Source of the DNA: Acidimicrobiaceae bacterium
GTDB lineage: Bacteria > Actinomycetota > Acidimicrobiia > Acidimicrobiales > Aldehydirespiratoraceae
Direction: 5' to 3'
NCBI GenBank assembly: GCA_028819005.1
Contig: JAPPMP010000032.1
Span: 11,236-75,235, forward strand
DNA: 64,000 bases
Every line of letters begins with the position of its first letter. The stretch's first letter is position 1. The notes under the pieces are model-generated. The model saw nothing but the letters and a program-made list of their open reading frames with translations, had not been told where the DNA came from and searched no databases. The translations under genes were made by a program, and so were the position numbers. This document shows positions 9,323-18,657 of this stretch, in pieces.

Positions 9323-10071
9323 GCTGCCCGGCGAGCATGAACTAGCGACGAGGCGACCTCGGCGGCCACCGCGGCGTCGCGGCAGTAGGCGTCGGCGCCT
9401 ATGGCCTCGCCGAACTCCTCATTCAGGGGCGCCCCGCCGACGATGATGATGTAGTCGTCTCGCATTCCCTTCTCGATGAGGGTGTCGATCACCACCTTCA
9501 TATAGGGCATGGTGGTGGTGAGCAGTGCCGACATGCCCAAGATGTCGGGCTTGTGTTCTTCTATTGCCGCGAGGAATTCGTCGACGTCGGTGTTGATGCC
9601 GAGGTCGAACACTTCGAATCCGGCGCCCTCGAGCATCATTCCGACCAGATTCTTGCCGATGTCGTGGATGTCGCCTTTCACCGTGCCGATCACGATGCTG
9701 CCGATGGGCTCGGCGCCGGTCTCTGCCAGCAGGGGGCGCAGGATGGTCATGCCCGCCTTCATCGCTTTGGCGGCAAGCAGGACTTCGGGGACGAAGAGGA
9801 TCCCGTCGCGGAAGTCGATGCCGACGATGCGCATGCCTTCGACCAGCGCATCGTTGAGGACCTTGTCTGCGGGCCAGCCTCGGCTCAGCAGGATGCGGGT
9901 GCCCTCGTCGATCTCCTCGTCGAGCCCGTCGTAAAGATCGTCGTGCATCTGAGCTGTCAGGTCTTCGTCGTTCAACGCGTTCAGGTCGATTTCGTCTGTG
10001 TCATCGCCGGGGGCAGCCGGAGCCGCCGACGTTGAATCTGCGACGAGACCGGGATTGGGGTCGTTGGTCAT
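9319..10071 (-). CDS. cobalamin-binding corrinoid protein (MtgC/MttC-like)
   Basis: B12-binding motif DxHxxG in 'GTVKGDIHDIGKNLV', plus 'MSALLTTTM' and 'IVGGAPL'. The start is set at Met55 (10071), so the gene does not run into the leuS start. Confidence 0.85.
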   Translation of the reverse strand: MTNDPNPGLVADSTSAAPAAPGDDTDEIDLNALNDEDLTAQMHDDLYDGLDEEIDEGTRILLSRGWPADKVLNDALVEGMRIVGIDFRDGILFVPEVLLAAKAMKAGMTILRPLLAETGAEPIGSIVIGTVKGDIHDIGKNLVGMMLEGAGFEVFDLGINTDVDEFLAAIEEHKPDILGMSALLTTTMPYMKVVIDTLIEKGMRDDYIIIVGGAPLNEEFGEAIGADAYCRDAAVAAEVASSLVHARRAA

Positions 10072-10231
10072 TTGGACGGCTCCAAGAGTTGTGGATTGGT
10101 CTGGGGCATCCACGGAACGATTGTCCCGCATCGTGGAACCGTACCGTATCATGAAACGCGGGTGATCCTGAACCGCTTCACGCAGATAAATCGCGAAACC
10201 AGCGAAGGGGATCGAGCGGTAGCCTGTTGCC

Positions 10232-13033
10232 ATGTCGAACCCTGAAACCCTGCCGCAGTACCGCTACGACGCGCGCATGGCCGATGACATCGAGACTCGC
10301 CGGCAGGCGCAGTGGCGAACGCAGGGCGTTTATCACAGCCCGAACCCCAACGGCTCGCTGGCGGCCGACCGGTTCGGGTTGGCCGATCGACCGAAGTTGT
10401 TCATCATGGACATGTTTCCGTACCCCTCGGGCGTGGGCCTGCACGTCGGCCACCCTCTCGGCTTCATTGCCACCGACGTATACGCCCGATTCAAACGGAT
10501 GACAGGGTTCAACGTCCTGCACACGATGGGGTTCGACGCTTTCGGCCTTCCCGCGGAGGAGCATGCCCGCCAGACCGGCGAGCACCCCCGGGCGAACACC
10601 GAGCGCAACATCGACAACATGTCCCGCCAGCTCAACCGATTGGGCCTCGGACATGACGAGCGACGCTCGTTTGCAACCACAGACCCGGACTACTACCGCT
10701 GGACCCAGTGGATCTTCTTGGAGCTCTTCAATGCCTGGTTCGATGAGGTCAACCAGCGTGCCCGGCCGATCAGCGAACTGATCAGCGAGTTCGATTCCGC
10801 AAGCCGCTTCCCGAAGGGCGGTGAGGACTGGGCACAAGCCGATCAGTCGGAGCGCCGCAGGATCCTGTCCCAGTATCGGCTCGCTTACGTCGACGAAGCT
10901 CCCGTCAACTGGTGTCCGGGCCTCGGCACTGTGCTGTCCAACGAAGAGGTGACAGCGGAGGGCCGTTCGGAACGGGGCAATTTCGCTGTCTTCCAGCGCC
11001 CGTTGAAACAATGGATGATGCGCATCACTGCGTACGCGGACCGGTTGTTGGATGATCTGGACCTGCTTGATTGGAGCGACTCGATCAAGACGATGCAGCG
11101 GAACTGGATCGGGCGCAGCCCCGGTGCATACATCGACTTCGGACCTGTGCGGGTATTCACGACGCGCCCCGACACGGTCTATGGCACGACGTTCATGGTT
11201 CTCGCCCCGGAGCATCCGCTGGTTGACGAGCTGACCGCCGACGAGTGGCCGGCTGACGTCGACGAACGTCTCAGCGGCGGCTTCGCGAATCCGCGTGCGG
11301 CAGTGGCCGCCTACCGCGAACGCACCGCTGAGATGACCGACTTCGACCGCCGGGACAACAAGGACAAGACCGGAGTGTTCATCGGGGCAACCTGTCCGGT
11401 CCCCGTCGACGGCCGGGAGGTTCCGATCTTCATCGCCGACTATGCCCTCATGGACTACGGCACGGGCGCGGTCATGGGTGTGCCGGGAGAGGATCAGCGT
11501 GATTGGGAATTCGCCGAGAAATACGGCCTGGGCGTCATCCGCACCGTCGAACCGCCCGCTGATTTCGTCGGCGAGGCGTACGTCGGCGACGGCCCCGCGA
11601 TCAACAGCGGGTTTCTCAACGGCATGGGCAAGGCCGAGGCGATCGCTGCGATCACCGAGTGGCTCCAAGACCAGGGGCTGGGCGAAGGCGCTGTCAACTA
11701 CAAGCTGCGAGACTGGCTGTTCAGCCGTCAGCGGTACTGGGGCGAACCGTTCCCGATCGTCTTCGGCGACGACGATCAGCCGCGTGCCGTGCCTGAAGAA
11801 GACCTTCCGGTGCTTCTGCCCGATCTGATGGACTGGGCGCCACGGTCACTTGACGAAGACTCAGACCCTGAACCCCCCTTGGGGCGGGTGGCGCAATGGC
11901 GCGAGGTCGAACTCGATCTTGGCGACGGCGAAGGCGTCAAGACCTATCGACGTGAGCTCAACACCATGCCGAACTGGGCAGGTTCGTGCTGGTACTACCT
12001 GCGATACCTTGACCCTGACAACGACAGCGCGATGGTTGATCGCGGCGTCGAGCGGTACTGGATGACAGATTCCGCCGGCGGCGTCGGCGGCGTCGACCTC
12101 TACGTGGGCGGCGTCGAGCACGCGGTGCTGCATCTGCTCTATGCCCGGTTCTGGCACAAGGTCCTTTACGACCTCGGTCATGTGTCTGGCCCTGAACCGT
12201 TCAAGCGGCTCATCAACCAGGGTTACATCCAGGCCGCCGCGTACCAGGACGACCGCGGTGCGTACGTGCCCGCCACCGAGGTTGTGGGCAGTCCCCGAAC
12301 GGGCTTCACGCACGACGGCGCGCGAGTCACCCGGGCGTTCGGGAAGATGGGAAAGTCGTTGAAGAACGCGGTGACGCCCGATGACATGTACGAGGCCTAT
12401 GGGGCCGACACGCTGCGGCTTTACGAAATGTCCATGGGCCCGATCGATCAGGACCGACCGTGGGAGACGCGCTCGGTCGTCGGCTCTCATCGGCTGCTGC
12501 AACGCGTCTGGCGCAACCTGGTGGACGAGGAAACGGGTGAACTCCTGGTGGTGGACGACGAACCCGACGAGGAGCTTCGCCGGGCGCTGCACAAGACGAT
12601 CGACGGCGTCGCCGCCGACATGGAAGGTCTTCGCTTCAACACTGCAACCGCCAAGATCACAGAACTCAACAACGAGTTGACGAAGCGCGATTCGGCTACG
12701 CCGCGCGAAGTTGCCGACGCGATGGTGCGGATGCTGGCGCCGCTGGTGCCGCACGTGGCCGAGGAACTATGGGAGCGGCTCGGAGGGGTTGACTCGGTGA
12801 CGCAGGCTTCGTTCCCGGTTGCCGACCCTCGACTGCTGGTCGATGAGATGATCGAGCTGCCTGTGCAGGTCAACGGCAGACTGCGGGCCAAGATATGGGT
12901 GGCTGTGGACGCCCCCGAAGAGACTGTGGTTGATGCGGCACTGGCTGAGCCCAACGTCTTGGCCCATACCGGCGGCCGGGAGTTGCGGAAGTCGATCGTG
13001 GTTCCCGGTCGCATGGTGAACTTCGTTGTCTGA
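10232..13033 (+). CDS. leuS: leucine--tRNA ligase
   Basis: 933 aa with HIGH-type motif 'HVGHPLGF' and KMSKS-type motif 'KMGKSLKN', and a class Ia LeuRS overall look. Confidence 0.97.
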   Translation: MSNPETLPQYRYDARMADDIETRRQAQWRTQGVYHSPNPNGSLAADRFGLADRPKLFIMDMFPYPSGVGLHVGHPLGFIATDVYARFKRMTGFNVLHTMGFDAFGLPAEEHARQTGEHPRANTERNIDNMSRQLNRLGLGHDERRSFATTDPDYYRWTQWIFLELFNAWFDEVNQRARPISELISEFDSASRFPKGGEDWAQADQSERRRILSQYRLAYVDEAPVNWCPGLGTVLSNEEVTAEGRSERGNFAVFQRPLKQWMMRITAYADRLLDDLDLLDWSDSIKTMQRNWIGRSPGAYIDFGPVRVFTTRPDTVYGTTFMVLAPEHPLVDELTADEWPADVDERLSGGFANPRAAVAAYRERTAEMTDFDRRDNKDKTGVFIGATCPVPVDGREVPIFIADYALMDYGTGAVMGVPGEDQRDWEFAEKYGLGVIRTVEPPADFVGEAYVGDGPAINSGFLNGMGKAEAIAAITEWLQDQGLGEGAVNYKLRDWLFSRQRYWGEPFPIVFGDDDQPRAVPEEDLPVLLPDLMDWAPRSLDEDSDPEPPLGRVAQWREVELDLGDGEGVKTYRRELNTMPNWAGSCWYYLRYLDPDNDSAMVDRGVERYWMTDSAGGVGGVDLYVGGVEHAVLHLLYARFWHKVLYDLGHVSGPEPFKRLINQGYIQAAAYQDDRGAYVPATEVVGSPRTGFTHDGARVTRAFGKMGKSLKNAVTPDDMYEAYGADTLRLYEMSMGPIDQDRPWETRSVVGSHRLLQRVWRNLVDEETGELLVVDDEPDEELRRALHKTIDGVAADMEGLRFNTATAKITELNNELTKRDSATPREVADAMVRMLAPLVPHVAEELWERLGGVDSVTQASFPVADPRLLVDEMIELPVQVNGRLRAKIWVAVDAPEETVVDAALAEPNVLAHTGGRELRKSIVVPGRMVNFVV

Positions 13034-13054
13034 CCCTCCGACAAAGCCTGCGGG

Positions 13055-14245
13055 ATGAGCAGACCGGCGAGGCTCTCCGCAGCGCGGGCGCGTCGGATCG
13101 CTCTGGCTGCCCAGGGTTTCAAGAGCCCGCGCCCGACCCGGAGAGTCGACCGGCGGCACCTGCGCCGGGTGATGTCCGAACTCAACCTGTTGCAACTCGA
13201 TTCGGTTCCGGTCGTGATCCGCACCCAGTACATGCCGCCCTTCTCGCGTCTCGGGCCGTACCGGCCCGGGCTGCTCGACGAGATCGCCTACCGCGATGAC
13301 GAGTGGTTCGAGGCGTGGAGCCATGAGGCGTCTCTGGTGCCGGTCAGCGACGAACCGCTGTTGCGCTGGCAGAAGGAGCGCGCACGCAGAGGCGAGACGT
13401 GGGGTCAGCTCGCGGCGTTGGCCCGTCAGGATCCGGGCTATATCGACGAAGTCCTTGAGCAGGTGAGAGAGGGTCCGCTGGCTCCCAAAGATCTGCGTGA
13501 GCCGCGTCGTCGGAGCGGCGAATGGTGGGGTGACCGCTCGGACGGTTCGATCGCGTTGGACTGGCTGTTTCGGATCGGCGAGGTGGGCATCCGGCGCCGC
13601 GCCGGATTCGCGAAGGAGTTCGACGTCCTTGATCGGATCGTGCCCGAAGAAATCCTCGCTCTTCCGACGCCGACCGAGGAACAGGCGCACCGTGAATTGC
13701 TGATGCGTGCAGCTTCGAGTTTCGGTGTGGCCACGGTTTCAGATCTCGTCGATTACTACCGATTGCCCAAGGTGCCCGCCAAGGCCCGCGTAGCGGAGCT
13801 CGTTGAAGACGGGCTGTTGGCGGAGGCTGACGTCGAGGGCTGGGACCGGCCTGCGCTGTTGCACCCTTCAGCGGTCGCGCCGCGCTCGATCGACGCCTGC
13901 ACTCTGTTGTCGCCCTTTGATCCGGTGGTGTGGTGTCGTGAACGCGGAGTTCGTTTGTTCGGCTTCGAGTACAAGATCGAGATCTACACGCCCGCGGCGA
14001 AGCGGATCTACGGCTACTACGTCCTGCCGCTGCTCTTGGGCGATCAGATCGTCGGTCGGGCTGACCTGAAGACGGATCGTCAGGCAGGCGTGCTGTTGGT
14101 CAAGGGCGCGTTCTCTGAACCGGGCCATGACCGCGGCGATGTCGTTGAGGGGTTCCGACATGCGTTGGACGAACTGACCGTGTTCGTCGGTTGCGGGTCA
14201 TGGGAGGTTGTCGGCAGCGCCGGTGACCTGATCGGTGCACTCTGA
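13055..14245 (+). CDS. winged-helix YcaQ/AlkZ-like protein (DUF1006; interstrand-crosslink DNA glycosylase family)
   Basis: 396 aa. 'LNLLQLDSVPVV' and 'EIYTPAAKRIYGYYVLPLLLGDQIVGRADLKTDR' are typical of this family. Confidence 0.65.
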   Translation: MSRPARLSAARARRIALAAQGFKSPRPTRRVDRRHLRRVMSELNLLQLDSVPVVIRTQYMPPFSRLGPYRPGLLDEIAYRDDEWFEAWSHEASLVPVSDEPLLRWQKERARRGETWGQLAALARQDPGYIDEVLEQVREGPLAPKDLREPRRRSGEWWGDRSDGSIALDWLFRIGEVGIRRRAGFAKEFDVLDRIVPEEILALPTPTEEQAHRELLMRAASSFGVATVSDLVDYYRLPKVPAKARVAELVEDGLLAEADVEGWDRPALLHPSAVAPRSIDACTLLSPFDPVVWCRERGVRLFGFEYKIEIYTPAAKRIYGYYVLPLLLGDQIVGRADLKTDRQAGVLLVKGAFSEPGHDRGDVVEGFRHALDELTVFVGCGSWEVVGSAGDLIGAL

Positions 14246-14257
14246 GCGATCCGAAGG

Positions 14258-14641
14258 TCAACTCTCGTCACCGACCTCCGGATAGGTGACAGGCGGCGAC
14301 GTCGGCCTGGTGACCGGATACTCGCCTGGCCCGGTTGCCGGGTATTCGGGGGCGGTGGTCGTGGTCGTGGTCGCCGCGGTGGTCGTGGGCGCTGCGGTGA
14401 CGACAGGCGCTGTCGTAACGGGGGCTGCTGTGGTCGTGGTCGCCGCGCTGGTTGTGGGTGCTGCGGTTGTCGCCGGGGCGCGTGCCACAGTCGTCGTAGT
14501 CGTTGTGGAGGTTGTCGTGGTCGTCGTTGTGGTGGTTGTTTCGGGGGTCGCAACGGGCGGCGCGGGATCGTTCTGCAAGGCGTAGAACCCGATCAACATT
14601 CCCGTCGCGAGCATTACCGGCAACCACCACTCAAGTCGCAT
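14258..14641 (-). CDS. N-terminally anchored Thr/Ala/Pro-rich (mucin-like) protein
   Basis: One hydrophobic helix ('WWLPVMLATGMLIGFYAL') followed by about 90 aa dominated by T, A and P. Confidence 0.5.
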   Translation of the reverse strand: MRLEWWLPVMLATGMLIGFYALQNDPAPPVATPETTTTTTTTTTSTTTTTTVARAPATTAAPTTSAATTTTAAPVTTAPVVTAAPTTTAATTTTTTAPEYPATGPGEYPVTRPTSPPVTYPEVGDES

Positions 14642-14682
14642 CGGATGAGATGTTATCGCGGGACCCGCGAAGGTGCAGACAT

Positions 14683-15237
14683 ATGCTCGTGCTCGCGTGC
14701 GTCGGTCCCATTAGGATTCGTCCGGTGCCCTTCACGCTTCGCCGTCCCGCCGCACGCTGTGTACTGCTTGACCGAGCCGGAAGCATCTTTCTGATCAGGT
14801 CCGAAGATCCGATCGATCCGCGCAAACCGGAATGGTTGGAAATCCCTGGCGGCGGGATGGGTTGGGGCGAGGACTCTGCGACTGCGGCGCTGCGCGAACT
14901 GTACGAGGAGACGGGAATTCCCGACGTCGAGATGGGGCCATGCGTCTGGGTTCAGCAGGTCGAGTACGACTTCGGCGGGTACCATTTCGAATCCGACGAC
15001 CATATTCATGTTGCGTGGTGCGACGGCGGCGAGTATCGACCCAAGGGTCTAGAGGCCTTGGAGGCGGCAGCATTCTTGGGCGCGGACTGGTGGACACTGG
15101 ACGAACTGCTCGACAGCGACATGCCCACGGTGCCGGCACGGTTGCGGGAGTTTCTGCCGGCGGTCATAGCCGGTGAACTTCCTGTTGAACCGATCGACAT
15201 CACGCCTCCTGCCAGCAGCGGCGGGCGGGTCAGCTGA
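14683..15237 (+). CDS. NUDIX hydrolase
   Basis: Nudix box 'GGGMGWGEDSATAALRELYEETGI'. An internal start (14650 or 14683) is chosen to avoid overlap with the divergent gene. Confidence 0.8.
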   Translation: MLVLACVGPIRIRPVPFTLRRPAARCVLLDRAGSIFLIRSEDPIDPRKPEWLEIPGGGMGWGEDSATAALRELYEETGIPDVEMGPCVWVQQVEYDFGGYHFESDDHIHVAWCDGGEYRPKGLEALEAAAFLGADWWTLDELLDSDMPTVPARLREFLPAVIAGELPVEPIDITPPASSGGRVS

Positions 15238-15511
15238 TTGGCCGACCGTGTTCGATGTCGTCGCGGATGGCGGCCTTCACGGCGTATCCGGCGATGATTG
15301 CAGGCGCCAGAAAGACCGAACCGGCTATCACGCCGGCAATAACGATCCTCGAAACGCCTTCGTTGAATCCGGCGATCAGCCCGTAGACGAACACCGCGAC
15401 TGACAGAGCGAACAGGAGGCAGCCCAAGCGCCGGCCCCGGCGGGCCCACCGTGCCGCGCGGGCACGTAGTGCAAGCACTGGGTCAGTGGTCTCCTCGGCA
15501 GCCATGGCCAA
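15230..15511 (-). CDS. small two-helix membrane protein
   Basis: 93 aa with two hydrophobic segments. No family was recognised. Confidence 0.4.
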   Translation of the reverse strand: MAMAAEETTDPVLALRARAARWARRGRRLGCLLFALSVAVFVYGLIAGFNEGVSRIVIAGVIAGSVFLAPAIIAGYAVKAAIRDDIEHGRPIS

Positions 15512-16588
15512 TCACGGTAGCCAACGGGCGGCGGCCAGCAGTGCCGCTATCGCCTCGGTCATCACCGGGAGCGAGAGATGTTTGATCGCGACCTCGCGGT
15601 TCCGTTCGATGCGGGCATCGTCGCCGACCCGCAAGGCGCATCTGAGGGGTTCGGGATCATCTGTGGGATACCACTCGAAGCCGAGGGAGCGAAGTTCGCC
15701 GGCCACGGGATAATCGGCGACAGCAACGGGCACGCGATGAATCGAAGCCTCCACCGGGGGGTTGCCGAATCCTTCCCAGGTCGAGGGAAACACGACCGCA
15801 TCGGCCGCGCGGTAAAGATCGACGGCCGCTTCTTGGTTGGCTTGGTTGGCGCCGTGCACGACGCGGCACGAAGCACCATGAAGCAGTCGCTGGAGTTCAT
15901 CGTCGTAGCCGTCTTCGGCCGGTCCCCACAGCCAGTACACGCCTCCGAGCGCCTCGCACAGAGCGACGGCGCGCGCGACATTCTTGCGGGGGATCGCTCG
16001 AACCGGGTGCGCTACCAGAAGGTCGTTTTCGTGAACCCCCAATCGACGGCGCACCCCTGAACGATCGCCTGGTCCGGTCGCGGTGGAGAATCCGTTGTAT
16101 ATGCAAGTCGCCGCAAAACCCCTCTGCTGCATCTGCCTGGTGGTCAGCCGGTTGATCGCGACGTGGCGCCAGGCCGGGTCGTCGACCGGCAACTCGCCGA
16201 TGTGGGCGAAACGTTCTCGCTGCCAGGGCGGGTCGTGGTGGTGCATTATCGCCGGCCGGCCGCGCAGCACCGCTGCGGTTGCCCGAGCCGCTCCGAGGTT
16301 GAGCGGAATGCTGCAGAGGTTCTCAACCACGACCAGATCAGCGTCGGCCAGCGCTTCGGTCAGTTCTGTCGATGATGGCGGGTCTGTCGCTGTGATGGCC
16401 AGGCCGGTTACTGTCCGGTCGACGGGTCCTTCGCCGGCGACGGTGATGACCTCGAAACCCAACTGCTCGAACGCTCGCCCCCAGTTGCGGGCCACAACAG
16501 AAACCCCGTCGGCCATTCCCAGCCGAAACGAGACGAATGCACACTTGGCCATGCCCGACACGATGCCCGCTGAACCGACGAACCCCAC
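15512..16588 (-). CDS. GT-B glycosyltransferase (family 4-like)
   Basis: 358 aa with the C-terminal 'FPSTWEGFGNPPVEA' EX7E-type motif. The start is uncertain (16588 or Met13 at 16552). Confidence 0.75.
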   Translation of the reverse strand: MGFVGSAGIVSGMAKCAFVSFRLGMADGVSVVARNWGRAFEQLGFEVITVAGEGPVDRTVTGLAITATDPPSSTELTEALADADLVVVENLCSIPLNLGAARATAAVLRGRPAIMHHHDPPWQRERFAHIGELPVDDPAWRHVAINRLTTRQMQQRGFAATCIYNGFSTATGPGDRSGVRRRLGVHENDLLVAHPVRAIPRKNVARAVALCEALGGVYWLWGPAEDGYDDELQRLLHGASCRVVHGANQANQEAAVDLYRAADAVVFPSTWEGFGNPPVEASIHRVPVAVADYPVAGELRSLGFEWYPTDDPEPLRCALRVGDDARIERNREVAIKHLSLPVMTEAIAALLAAARWLP

Positions 16589-16622
16589 CTCAGAAGCGCT
16601 TCGAGAAGCGGTTGCGTCAGTT

Positions 16623-17747
16623 ATGGAAGCGGCCTGGGCGCCGCTCGGCTACACCGCGCCCAACCCGGTCACCTATCCGTGGATGTGGCTCTGGGACAGC
16701 TGCTTTCACAGTTTGATCTGGCAGGCGCTTGGCGACGATGAGCGCGCGGTCGTTGAACTCGAGTCGGCTTTGTCGACCATCGACGGCAACGGGTTCGTGC
16801 CTCACATGGGCTATCAACTGGATCCCCGGCGATCGGTTGAATTGTGGGGCAGAAGCGGAGCGTCTTCGATTACTCAGCCGCCGATGTACGGGCATGCAAT
16901 CGCAGAGCTTTGCCGGGCTGGGGTGGAGGTTCGCGATGAATTGTTGGATCGGGCCGTTCGGGGGCTTCGTTTCTTTCTTGATCGACGTGTTCGCCACGCC
17001 GAGTCGGGGTTGATCGAGGTCGTCCATCCCTGGGAGACCGGTTGTGACGATTCGCCCCGCTGGGATGATCTGGCCGGCCCGGGAACTTTCGACCTGAAGC
17101 GTTGGAGAGAGCTCAAGAATAGTCTGCTTGCCAGTGTCGAGCGGGGATCCGCGGGTGAGCCTCTGGCCAATCCGGACTGTGCTGTTGCCCCATGCGGGTT
17201 CAATGCACTTGTTGCGTTCAATGCAGAAGAGTTGGCGACGGTGACCGCTGATCGGGACCTCGAAACCGGTGCTTCTGAACTGTCCGCAGCGCTCGACCGG
17301 CGGTTCGACGCGGAGAGCCGCACCTGGGTTGATGCGGGCGCATTGAGCAGCGGCTCGGGACGTGCCCGCACAGCGGAGGGCCTGTTGCCTCTGCTGGTGA
17401 GCCGCAGTGACGTGGCCTGCCGGCGTGTGCTCGAAGAGTTGGCTGATCCGAAGGCGTATTGCGGCAGCTATGGTCCCCGCGGAGTGCATGCCGAGGAGCC
17501 GGCCTACGACTCGACCGCTTACTGGAGGGGACCGGTGTGGCCTCAGCTCAGCTACCTGCTGTGGTTGGCGGTGCGTAGGGTCTCTGGTGAGGGGTCTTCT
17601 GTTGCGGGAGTGCTCGGCGCCTCCACGGTTCGAGGAGCGGCGATTTCGGGTTTCGCCGAGTATTGGGACGGCGACAGCGGCGATGGGCTCGGCGCAATCC
17701 CCCAATCATGGACCGGCCTGGCGTTGTTGTTGAACCGCGGCCCCTGA
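16623..17747 (+). CDS. GH63-like glycoside hydrolase (mannosyl-/glucosylglycerate hydrolase-like)
   Basis: 'YPWMWLWDSCFH' and 'YWRGPVWPQLSYLL' are typical of (alpha/alpha)6 GH63/MGH enzymes. The first ~180 codons of ORF 16083.. are antisense to the GT gene, so a later start is used. Confidence 0.6.
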   Translation: MEAAWAPLGYTAPNPVTYPWMWLWDSCFHSLIWQALGDDERAVVELESALSTIDGNGFVPHMGYQLDPRRSVELWGRSGASSITQPPMYGHAIAELCRAGVEVRDELLDRAVRGLRFFLDRRVRHAESGLIEVVHPWETGCDDSPRWDDLAGPGTFDLKRWRELKNSLLASVERGSAGEPLANPDCAVAPCGFNALVAFNAEELATVTADRDLETGASELSAALDRRFDAESRTWVDAGALSSGSGRARTAEGLLPLLVSRSDVACRRVLEELADPKAYCGSYGPRGVHAEEPAYDSTAYWRGPVWPQLSYLLWLAVRRVSGEGSSVAGVLGASTVRGAAISGFAEYWDGDSGDGLGAIPQSWTGLALLLNRGP

Positions 17748-17769
17748 CTGCCAGTTCGCAGTTTCAGAC

Positions 17770-18558
17770 TCAGGGCGAGGGATTCCATGGCGGCTCTGAC
17801 CATGGCTCCTGCGGCTGTGGAGCGGTCGGGGCCGATTCGGGGTAGACCGGGGAAGATTGGGGGTAGACGGTCGGAGACTCGTAGTGCTCGTTGTGTGACT
17901 CGGAGTAGACGGTCGGGGATTTCGGAGTGTCGAGGTCCAGTTCGATCTCGCCCGGGGCCTCCCCATCCTCGAGATCCGTTTCGGCGGGCTCGTCATCTGG
18001 GAAGAACTGGCCGTATGTGTAGCGCCGCCGTTGATTGCCGAGCATCAGGTTGCCGGTGACATTGGCCAATCCGACTAGGAAGATCAGGTCACCGATGGAG
18101 ACAACCTTTTCGCCCCAACGAATCGGGAACGTGTCGCCCAGGAAGTCGAGGACAGAGTCGTCGTCGGCCAATTCCACATGCCCCGAGATGGTCACTCCCC
18201 GCTCCAGTTCCTCCGCTGTAACGATTTCTGCCTCTACCAGGGCATTCGGCCGAACGGGCGTCTCGAAGTTGAGTATGAAGACGAACAGGTTGAGAGCGAG
18301 GCCGATAGAGATGACGATCATCCCGACCAGGTGAAGGTTCATTATGGCGAACACAAAGGCGCCGACTAGGGCGACGAAAGCTATGACGCCGTCGGAATCG
18401 ATGTCGGTGAAGCTCACGAAGAATGCGCAGATTGCCGATGAGACAAGAAATTCTGGGTGGTAGATCTGAGTACCGAGGATTGTCGGGAACTCGCCGCGGC
18501 GGACAACACCGGCTACCAGGCCGATAATCACGGCCAATATCAAAATCCAAATTGTCAT
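17770..18558 (-). CDS. polytopic membrane protein (DUF5317-like) with Pro/Tyr-rich C-terminal tail
   Basis: Start at 'MTIWILILAVIIG' with several TM helices. The tail carries repeated 'SPTVY'-type motifs. Confidence 0.5.
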   Translation of the reverse strand: MTIWILILAVIIGLVAGVVRRGEFPTILGTQIYHPEFLVSSAICAFFVSFTDIDSDGVIAFVALVGAFVFAIMNLHLVGMIVISIGLALNLFVFILNFETPVRPNALVEAEIVTAEELERGVTISGHVELADDDSVLDFLGDTFPIRWGEKVVSIGDLIFLVGLANVTGNLMLGNQRRRYTYGQFFPDDEPAETDLEDGEAPGEIELDLDTPKSPTVYSESHNEHYESPTVYPQSSPVYPESAPTAPQPQEPWSEPPWNPSP

Positions 18559-18657
18559 GTCCGTCCTCCAGACTGCGTGCAAGTGAGCTGGTGGACCAAC
18601 ACTAGCCGTGACAGATGTGCAACTTCTACATGCTGGGGATTGGCTGCGGACAACCGG

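Noticed and set aside
10072-10231. Looked for a cobalamin riboswitch or T-box in the divergent leader between the corrinoid operon and leuS.
   Set aside because: No B12-box (GCCACTG-like) or T-box specifier/antiterminator pattern could be recognised by eye. A covariance-model scan would be needed to be certain.
10178-11668. Long antisense ORFs: 496 aa opposite leuS, 638 aa at 22105-24021 opposite ccmF, 742 aa at 26134-28362 opposite the monooxygenase gene, 347 aa at 41726-42769 opposite etfA, and 471 aa at 60488-61903 opposite miaB/miaA.
   Set aside because: The translations are Arg/Pro/Gly/His-rich with no recognisable motifs. They lie exactly antisense to genes with unambiguous signatures, which is the usual stop-codon-poor artefact of high-GC DNA.
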